Source of the DNA: Tubulanus polymorphus
Lineage: Eukaryota; Animalia; Nemertea
Length of the DNA stretch: 64,000 nucleotides
Assembly (NCBI RefSeq): GCF_964204645.1
Contig: NC_134031.1
Coordinates: 558,001-622,000 of the forward strand
Direction of reading: 5' to 3'
In this document: piece by piece, positions 54,511 to 64,000 of the stretch
How the letters are laid out: the number at the start of each line of letters is the position of its first letter
Position numbering within the stretch: position 1 is the stretch's first letter
Notes under the pieces: generated by a model
What the model was told of the DNA's origin: nothing
Database searches by the model: none
The model's input: only the letters and a program-made list of their open reading frames with translations
Made by a program: the position numbers and the translations under genes

Positions 54511-57500
54511 TGTTTAACGTATGCCCCTTATCAAACCTAGTCAATAATGAGCGTAAAATTAATGGTTTATAGTTAAAATCAATACAATTTGTAAGTTTGT
54601 TTGGAACTAATAACTTTTGTTGAGTAATGGGTCCACAATAACTGTCGTCATTCCTTTTTTGAAGTTTCATACGGTGCGAACTTTTTCCATTCAACAGTTT
54701 TCATCCGCAGAGTTTTAGTGGTTTTTATTGTGTCAAAATGTACATTTTACTCCGCACAGATAAAGCGTCTCGAAGAATTGTAACTTCAGTGTCTGGACAT
54801 GGTGACTATAGGGACACGTGGTCCGTTTCTTTTCTCATTTATTTTTACATATATTCATTTTTAGGATCGGATTTCCGATAAACAACTCAATAAAACCAGG
54901 AAACAAATCTCTGTTTATTTGTGTATGTTGATAATATCGTCTGCGCTGTCAGCTGATTTAATCCGTTCCGTTAATGAAACTCTCTACATTACATAGAAAT
55001 GTTTGCCGATTCCGCTCATGTTTCTTAATCTGTTGCTCTCATTACCGAACTGTATTCACTGCTTAATTGTTTTTGGACGGTTCGGCGGACGAATTAATGT
55101 TTTATCGTGAGCCCGAGGAAGCTCTCGTTTAATCCTCTATACCGGTTTTAATAACACGGTCGATATGGCACCGATGAATTTAAAACGGCTGAACTCATTT
55201 TTAATTTACATAAAACCCACGGCATCGTTAGAATATTCCAAAGCGAAATCGATTTCAGATTTAAATCAAAGAACGTTCAAAAAGTTTCGGTTTCTTTTAT
55301 CGTGTGTTTCAAATTTTTGCAATTTTAATCTTTTAAAATAAATTTCGCTTTCCGATTTTTCTGAAAACGACAGGATTAGAATATGGTCTTTTCGGCGCGT
55401 TTCAAATAGTGAATATTGATTCCGCTGAAATTCGTTGCCGCATCAAGAAACATTGACTGCCGCATTCTGTCACGTGTGAAGTCTGTTTGTTATTAGTGTA
55501 CTAGGTATATGTAACATCATGGACTCTCGAATCCGTTGTAACATTCAGAGACTGTTGCTCAAAATTTGCATAGGGTTAACAAGTGAATAAATGACATAGT
55601 GACAATTAATAGTTCACCATCACTATGTGGTATTTATCCGCTGGTTATCTGGTTAACCGACTTTTGAGTAACTGGCTCCTGGCGAATAGTTTCTCTTGTT
55701 AAGGCTCTTGGAGAGTCTGTGATAAAATTCAAATGCAGAATAAAATCATCTTTAAGTGTAAATCCACCGATTCCATCTCGAGTAGTTCCGGGAACAGCGT
55801 ATCAATCTGTGCACGACGAAATTAGCCGGTGTTGTAAGCGCGGTGGTCAGCAGTCTTAGATGAACTTCTGTTGTTGTTAGTTCGTCTTGACTAGTGGTTG
55901 GAGCTGCACTATATTTCGGCCGTAACGCATTTCACACAGTCAGCCATCTTGGAACTAGGTTGGAACTGCTCAATCCCGTGGTCGACTATTTCCGGACTAT
56001 AGGTCCGACTGTGACTGACATTCGGTTTCACTTAGTTCGCAAATAGCAGTTCGCCCTAGTTACAGGCTTCAATAAGCCTCCATTGTATTGCAAAAACGAT
56101 TCGTAGATTTTCTTCGATTTTTCGGAAGCTGTTGAATTTTTTATTTCGTTGTTCAGCTGACAGTAGAGTAATCAATACGCGAACTAAAAAGCGACGACGC
56201 CAACACGCGACAAAGACAACTAAAAGCCTCGCTGCGCCTTGGGTCGGTTAGCGAGCTGCACGGTTTTATGCTGTAATTGGTCGAAGACAAAAGCTCGTTC
56301 CTCATAATCAAATATGATCACAGCTGTCTAGAGAGTAATCACACAAGCCGCAGATCTTATTAATTAGTAAGAAAAAGCGAGAGTTTACCGGGATAATTAT
56401 CTTAAAAACTACCTCTAGACGACGACGACGACGACGAGTTTATTTTACCCGGCACACACAGCGCGTGTTTACCCGTTAAAACTCGGATGAAATTTCTGAA
56501 TTATTCATCGAAACCGAGGCGCGGCAGGAATGTTTTGCTTTTGAGTATCTTTTTAAAATACACAACGTTCTGATTGGTATAATCTTATTTCTGAAGTTGT
56601 TTTGTAATCTAAAAGTAGTATTGATCTTTCAGGGGAAAACTGTCAGTCGTCGTTTCAGCGATTGATTCTTTTTACGGCCAGTCAACCCGCTAGGTGGTGG
56701 TGTTGGTCAAGACGCAGGAGTTTTTACCATCACGTTCAGTTATGTGCTATCTAATTCCGTGGTCAAACCGCCGCCAGACTCCTAAACAGCGGTCACTTCA
56801 CTTCGAATTCCATTTATAGAATTTCCCATTTTTTATATTCGACTGGTTATATTTTTGTATTTTAAGCTAGCATACAGTTTATCATCTTGCTAATACGTCG
56901 TTAGGATCTTGTTTTCCCAAAGATTAAACCCTATTGTATTGTTGGGTTGTTTGGAACCACGGCCTGTAACGGGTTGTCCGCACACTCTTTGACACTTCAT
57001 CTATTAAACATCTCCTATTTTTCTACTGCGGTTAAAATATAACGTAAGAATTGTGTATAATGGAGGTTAATGAAAGAGAAATTGTTTACCGGTCCTGACG
57101 ACTGACGCTGTCGATTCACGTTAATTTAGCCAATAGACAAAACTCGTCTCGTGGATTTCGTGGCGTAATTGAAAGGTCTGCCGCCTGAGGGCGCGCAATC
57201 TCGGTTAACCAGCAGCCTGCGGTGGAGGGGTAACGACTTTCTCAGCTGGATTGAAAGTGAATTTTTAACGGCATTCATTGTTGCGATGGTATTTCTATCC
57301 CGGGGCGCCACCTGGTTGCTATTTGTTACCGTCCATTCGAACCCTAATGCGACCCTTTGGCACTAGAGGTCGCCGCGATGTGTCCATTAAGGAGTTGTTG
57401 CCGTCAGGGGTTCACGGTTAACTCAACTCATCTCTCAGTTCCCCCTGACCTTCCGTCAAACGTGATTCGCAGTAAATTGTATTTCCAAAATGGCCGCAGG

Positions 57501-57721
57501 CGCGCTCGCTCTCTCCAATCTCTCTCACTCTCGATTAGATGGAAAATATTCCGATGTTACTGCATAATCAACTTACTAAAAACTACTCATTTTCATGAAC
57601 GAACAAAACCCCCTCTCCTCCCCAACCCCTCTCCTCCCCAACCCTCTCTTTCCAACCCTCATCCCCAAGCAACTCCATCGTCCTTGCACTCGCTGTTCTC
57701 GTCATATCTCACCCCATTACA

Positions 57722-58200
57722 AGCTCTCTCCATCCCCACCAGCTCCCCCATCCCCACCAGCTCCTCCATCCCCACCAGCTCCCCATCCCCATCAGCTCCC
57801 CATCCCCCACCAGCTCCCCATCCCTATCAGCTCCTCCATCCCCACCAGCTCCCCATCCCCATCAGCTCCCCATCCCCACCAGCTCCTCCATCCCCATCAG
57901 CTCCCCATCCCCCACCAGCTCCCCATCCCTATCAGCTCCCCATCCCCCACCAGCTCCCCGTCCCCACCAGCTCCTCCATCCCCACCAGCTCCCCCATCCC
58001 CACCAGCTCCCCATCCCCACCAGCTCCCCTATCCCCACCAGCTCCTCCATCCCCACCAGCTCCCCATCCCCACCAGCTCTCCATCCCCACCAGCTCCTCC
58101 ATCCCCACCAGCTCCCCATCCCCACCAGCTCCCCCATCCCCACCAGCTCCCCATCCCCACCAGCTCCCCCATCCCCACCAGCTCCCCATCCCCATCAGCC
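57722..58200. repeat. 17-19-bp C-rich minisatellite (CCCCACCAGCTCCCCAT-like), ~26 units
   Basis: Direct tandem repeat; source of the Pro/His-rich ORFs 57357-58562 and 57595-58263. Confidence 0.95.
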
Positions 58201-58272
58201 CCCTCCCCTTTCTTCCTATGTTTGCATATTCGATTCGGGAAGATGCTCGAGAAAAAGTTATGAAGCAAGCAG

Positions 58273-58290
58273 GTCGGTGGCGGTGGCGGC

Positions 58291-58327
<37 letters not shown>

Positions 58328-58391
58328 TCCAGTGGTGGTGTCTGCGGCGGTGGCGGCGGCGGCGGCGGCGGCGGCGTCCAGTGGTGGTGGT
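58273..58391. repeat. (CGG)n/(TGG)n trinucleotide repeats
   Basis: Direct inspection. Confidence 0.93.
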
Positions 58392-59953
58392 GCTGTGATT
58401 AGGAATCTAATGAATATTTTGCTGTCCTGTTTCCTGTTCATTTCTGTGTTACACGAGCCCTTTATTATTATTGCATCAGCTACCGATAGAATCCGCACAT
58501 TAGAACTCATGGTTTATTTAAACAGTAAGCTTGTCTTACTCGGAGAGACTGGCCCGGTCTGAGGTGAGCGCCGTTCCGAGTTTAAGATCGGAAATTTGAG
58601 GATTAGAAATTCTTTTTTTTTTGTTTTGTGTCCGCGTTAGTTAAAGTCCGAATTGAGGAATGTTCGCGTATGAGGCTAGGTTAACTGTATTGTAGAGTAT
58701 GTACTCCGCACGCAGTGTCGAATCATCGAATATTCTATGAGATCTCTGCGTAACTTGTATTCAAGATGTTTGTCATTAACACCCACTGGGACGGAGATGA
58801 CTCTTACCCCGACTGAGATAAATAACTCTATATACATCTAACACTGGACTCTCGCTAAAAACCGATGATAGATCCTATTTCAGAAACTGGAGCTCAATAG
58901 GCATATTCCCGGGATGTGTCCAGACTTATCGGTGGCGCTCAACGGTTAGACTCTCCAAGGACGCGTTCAGGCTTATCCGTGGCGCTCATTGGGTACATTC
59001 CCCCCAGGACGCTTTCTCGCTAATATGTGCTATTTCTGCTTATCTTTTACTGAAAGAAATACATTTTTCTACAAGATGAATGGTCTGACAGCTGAAATCA
59101 GTGGAGTCGATCCGAATCAATTTCAGGAATGAAACACATGGAAAAAACGACGACACAAAATCATCAATTTTAAACAACGTGGATTTATTTTTCGAACCGA
59201 CTATAGTTACATAGAAACGTCACAAGTGAAACGTCACAGGAGATCGGAATTAAGATATCACGATATATCAATATCATTTCATTTGAAATATGAGTTCATT
59301 ATATCGTTTCATTGCTCATCATTTATCAATCACATTCGTATTTAACAAATCATTATAAATAGATATTTTTTGTAATTGTATATTTTACGCACAGAACTTT
59401 GAGTGAAATAATATGAACAAAAGAAAAGATTACCGAAGGTCATTTCAAGGAGATTTTTTTTTGGAAAATAGGTCTTAAACCACCCTTCCTGTGGGCAGGC
59501 TCTTCTGTAGCTTTCGAACTTGTATGAGACCTGTGATTTGCGTGGTGACCACTCGAGTGTGTTAACAAGGGCTCGTATCATTCTGGTAATATTACCAGGA
59601 CATTCCATGGCAATTGCTTCTTAATTCCAAGTATAGGGGCAACTTTTGTACCAAATGAAAAATCTTCCAGACGAAATGCAATCTCACGGTTTGTGAGACG
59701 AAGTAAATCGCCTCGGATAGCGCTGTCGTTGAAATAATAACGCATTCAATTTTGTAACTACTTCATACAATCGAATTTCTTAATTCATTTCTATCAGTTG
59801 ATTACGTCGACATTTTACTCTCAGTGTTTTATACCGATCACTGATTTCTAAAACTAGACACAATTTTCACAAAATATCGAAAACATTGATATATTATCAT
59901 CAGACGCGTTCACTTTAAACATGAATATACAAACAAATAAGATACTGATACTC

Positions 59954-59990
59954 ATAGACTTATAGACTTATAGACTTATAGACTTATAGA
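59954..59990. repeat. (TAGACTTA)n 8-bp repeat
   Basis: About 4.5 units. Confidence 0.9.
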
Positions 59991-61157
59991 CGTGTTTCTG
60001 CGTTACTACATAAACTTTAATTCTTATTATTGCTGGTCTGGAAATATACAAATTAAAAAGAAGATCTGATTCCACAGTTAGAGTTAATACTGAGTTAGAA
60101 ATTAGTTAATTTTCAATGACTCTAAAACTAAGAGTCCATGGTTAAAATTTGTCAATTTTCAATGTGTTAACTCGGAATCAAACGTTAACTCAAAACTGTG
60201 GACTCGGGTCCAGTATTCTTTTGTATTTACTCAATGGTAACCATGATTGTCTGATAGTGACTACGTAATACCTACCGCACAGACCTGCTTCCCCTCCCTT
60301 CCCTACTCACCTCAACCCCTCCCCTCCCTACTCACCTCACCCCGCTCCCTTCCCTTCTCGCCTCACCGAGCTCCCTACTCACCTCAACCCTTCCCCTCCC
60401 TACTCGCCTACAACCTTTCAGCTCATCGAAATATCAAATACTTATTCAATGATTCGATAATCGTTTTGTTTCCAGATGTATTCAATAAATGAGAAGAATT
60501 GTGTAATTCCGATCAACAGGAGCCGGTTATATAGTTTATCTCAAACCACACCACGCTGTAGTTGATATTTTCTCGTCGTACAAACAACTAGTTTTTAACA
60601 GAATCCTGATATAATTATTGAGAATGAAGTGAAGTAGAATTATTGATAGTTTTCTTTTTACAGCTCATTTACAGCGCGGTTCATCGTTATTAGTTTCGCT
60701 GCACTTAAAGGGCATGAAACCATGGTTTTTAGAAACTACCTATTTTGAGCATATTGAATTCACGATTAATTAAACCAGTTTATTACACGTTACGTCGTTA
60801 GCGTTGAATGTATTTACACATTATCACCACTGAGATGAGAGATACAACATACGATTCGAGACATACGCCATGCGATATTAGTCTGATTTATTTCCTCGCT
60901 GTAATTACTAGCTACGTCAATTGTTTTTTTCTCGAGAAGAGTTCGAGTCGCAACTAAAAAGAGATTCCGTGTCCTTTTTATAACCGAAAGTCTTAAGACT
61001 GAGCTCTGAGTTGTTGCCTCTCTTGTGATCACGTGGTTCATAGTCTCAATCCCTGTTTCGATATCTAACACACGGCGTCTGCAAGAATTCAATCGATAAA
61101 ACTGTTTGTTTACATTACGTGAACATGAATTTTGAAAAAAACGGTCGTTTTCGTCCA

Positions 61158-62838
61158 TCATCGCTGATTGGCCGAACTTTCAGTTTCCGATTCGATGACG
61201 TCATGTCTACGCAATAAACTGGATTTGACGACGCCTCTGGCAGGCGAATACTGTGTCGTCATCATTGTATGCGTTGTACTGCCGTTTGTTTTCGTGTCCA
61301 TTTCATACTCGGACATCCGGGTACCTCTGTGAAAAAAACACTCGTACGCGCGTCGGTTGTGGCAAATATACGACCGGCATGCATTGCGTAATCCACGCCG
61401 GAAGTTGCTCGACATAAAACCGTAAACAATAGGATTGACACAGCTCTGTATATACGGTAACAGATATAAGAACGCCTAGAAATATATAGAAAAAAAAACC
61501 AACAGTAGTATCAGTAGTTATACAGAAAAATCCCTCGCAAAGATAGACAAATTCCGAAATGTTTCCGTGAACTCCTCCAATAGTTTATTCAACTAAATCC
61601 TTGAAATAATTTTCATGAATACTGTATTCCTGACGATTAGGATATAGTCAAAACGTTGAATAACCTACTAGCTCAAGGAATACAGTATTCCTGTATATGA
61701 CTATTAGGATATAGTCGAAACATTGAATAAACTACACTAGCTCAAGGAATACAGTATTCCTGAAGATGACTATTAGGATATAGTCGAAACGTTGAATAAC
61801 TACACTAGCTCAAGGAATACAGTATTCCTGAAGATGACTATTAGGATATAATCGAAACATTGAATAAACTACACTAGCTCAAGGAATACAGTATTCCTGA
61901 AGATGACTATTAGGATATAGTCGAAACGTTGAATAACTACACTAGCTCAAGGAATACAGTATTCCTGAAGATGACTATTAGGATATAGTCGAAACGTTGA
62001 ATAACTACACTAGCTCAAGGAATACAGTATTCCTGAAGATGACTATTAGGATAAAGTCGAAACATTGAATAAACTACACTAGCTCAAGGAATACAGTATT
62101 CCTGAAGATGACTATTAGGATAAAGTCGAAACATTGAATAAACTACACTAGCTCAAGGAATACAGTATTCCTGAAGATGACTATTAGGATATAGTCGAAA
62201 CGTTGAATAAACTTCGGAAAATTTTTAAACTCTTTTTTCATTCTATTAGGCCGTGGTTAAAACACGGATTCATGGAATTTCTTATGAATCGTTTGTTGTT
62301 TACCCCTAGAACCAACAAATTACTTTTCAAAAAGTCATCTACGTACGTTTTTAAGTACAGTAGACGCTTTGAATTATGATACCGGCGTAGGATACGACCC
62401 GGAACGTCATAACGATATCTAACATTAAATCTCCAGATGTTTCCCGACAACATCGGCTGATTTTGTCGTAACTCATCAAAAAAAAAGAACTCGTCAACAC
62501 GAGCCGCCGACAACGAATTGACCCGACGACTAATTTATGTCGTTCGCAGTCATGTTTTGATTCCCCGCTAAACAGTCCATATAGTTAAAGCCTTGATTAT
62601 GAAACCTGTAAGTTGGGTTTGAGATGGTTGATGTGGTCTGAGAGACTCCTCTCAGCTGCTTTTCAAATTCTCAAACCCTAGAGGTGTGATATTTGTGTAA
62701 CGCTACGCTTACCTTGCCGTATTGAGCTCCTTTCGCGTACAGATAACCAGCTTTATATTTTATGAGAACTTGTAGGATTAATTTCGGTCCCCAACAGAGC
62801 AGAAATATGACGACCAAAGTAATTAGCATTCTGATCAC
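61158..62838 (-). CDS. Last two exons of a paralog of the 28794-41390 neuropeptide GPCR (5' exons beyond the window)
   Basis: Exon 62838-62713 encodes VIRMLITLVVIFLLCWGPKLIL...GK and exon 61475-61158 encodes AFLYLLPYIQSCVNPIVYGFMSSNFRRGLR. Intron positions and phases match the paralog. Confidence 0.87.
61620..62212 (+). ncRNA. Tandem array (9 units; eight of ~68-69 nt incl. a 3'-truncated last one, plus a shorter degenerate first) of minimal type-I hammerhead ribozyme motifs (Penelope/retrozyme-like)
   Basis: Unit: TACAG-TATTC-CTGAAGA-T-GACTAT-taggat-ATAGTC-GAAA-C-GTT-GAATA-(A)ACTACACTAGCTCAAGGAA, i.e. stem I / CUGANGA / 6-bp stem II / GAAA / palindromic ACGU / GUU site / stem I. Units starting at 61750, 61887, 61955 and 62161 are intact. 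Confidence 0.75.
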
Positions 62839-62858
62839 CTGAAAAAATAGAAAATATC

Positions 62859-63096
62859 AACATGAAACACGACCAGAGATTCTTAACATGAAACACGGCC
62901 AGAGATTCTAAACATGAAATACGGCCAGAGATTCTTAACATGAAACACGACCAGAGATTCTAAACATGAAACACGACCAGAGATTCTTAACATGAAACAC
63001 GGCCAGAGATTCTAAACACGAAACACGACCAGAGATTCTAAACATGAAACACGACCAGAGATTCTAAACATGAAACACGACCAGAGATTCTAAACG
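62859..63096. repeat. ~26-bp minisatellite (AACATGAAACACGACCAGAGATTCT(T/A)) x~9
   Basis: Direct tandem repeat beside the splice acceptor of the GPCR TM6 exon. Confidence 0.93.
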
Positions 63097-64000
63097 ATCA
63101 TTATGGGAGGGGTACAAACAGTACCCTTATATGAATTTGAGATTTTGTTTTTACCGGTTTTAGATTTTCTGGCAATGAAATAACTTGTATACATTTCAAG
63201 TCTTTCACCAAAGAATTTCTACACCGAGAACCAGGAAATATTAGAAGAGGTTTTTATTGTGTTTATTCTTTTGTGAAAAGGCTTCAGTCGATTCGTTCAA
63301 CGAAGTATCAATTGAATTGGATTGATATGTCGATCAGGTGGCGGTAATGTCGAATCGGTGAACTGGTTAATAATTATTCAAAGACCTGCATGAGACCCCT
63401 TTGTTTACATATAAAACGTGTTGTAATAGTTTCTCTGCGTGTTGACGGAAACAGAAAGCTGTTTTATCGCTCAAGAATAAAACGATAATTAAACGCTCAT
63501 TTTAAAGTTGATCGATCGAGGAGGAGCGCTTCACTGGCACGCGAGTAGCGGCGCGCGTCGTTTAACTGTGAATGAAACACGAATCACAGTCGTGATTACT
63601 GTCGACCGATTTGTAACGATTACAGATCGAGATAGAGAATTAATTGCAATCCATTCGTTTGGTAACCGTCAGTGGAATATCTGCGAGGTATAACACGCGA
63701 ATGGTATAGCAGAGCAGCGTTTACGTACACACGAGATGTGTCACTCACTACCTCTCATACCCCGGGTACATTCAACACCTTTTGATTAGCTATTTTTTAT
63801 TTGCCAGCTTCATAATTATGCTGAGATAAATTGTCACCAGAAGATAAATTGATAGGTGAGGGCAGTGCTGAATACTCACTTCTCGCGTATGCGGTGATAT
63901 TGCGTGCATTCTGTATGAATGATAACAAACTCTTACCACAACTCGAACTATTACATTAATATGTTATTTATTAGTAATAATATGTTCACAACCAGAGTTG

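Noticed and set aside
57357-58562. 401-aa Pro-rich ORF and overlapping ORFs
   Set aside because: They arise from the C-rich minisatellite and CGG repeats, are open in several frames, and show no domain or splice support.
60814-61161. 115-aa ORF whose ATG overlaps the GPCR stop (ATGA)
   Set aside because: It has no recognisable protein features and is most likely a chance ORF in the 3'UTR.
61620-62212. CRISPR-like array
   Set aside because: The units are contiguous near-identical repeats with no unique spacers, there are no cas genes, and the context is eukaryotic. The hammerhead interpretation fits better.

Overview
AT-rich animal genomic DNA with many GT-AG introns; probably an invertebrate bilaterian such as a spiralian (taxon inferred, not provable here). 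From left to right: (1) the 3' part of a mucin/FCGBP-like EGF-VWD-C8-TIL-EGF-EGF gene; (2) two intronless PrmC/HemK-like methyltransferase copies, one probably broken, sandwiching an intronless peptide-receptor-type GPCR with one in-frame TGA; (3) an ~1.3-1.5 kb inverted duplication (~8865-10153 and ~25582-27108), each copy carrying a spliced gene, not recovered as a whole by the ORF track, for an identical 62-aa secreted precursor of a 34-aa six-cysteine peptide resembling sea-anemone APETx/BDS defensin-fold toxins; (4) between the two copies, a divergently transcribed pair, an ATD-less ionotropic glutamate-receptor-family gene and Pax3/7; (5) a 6-exon neuropeptide GPCR, an intronless GPCR, and the last two exons of a paralog of the 6-exon GPCR. 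The last intron of that paralog holds a tandem array of ~9 units of 68-69 bp, most folding as minimal type-I hammerhead ribozymes, and degenerate relatives are scattered across the window. MITEs, minisatellites and microsatellites are abundant. All exon models were read by hand from splice sites and reading frames; none is confirmed by transcript data.
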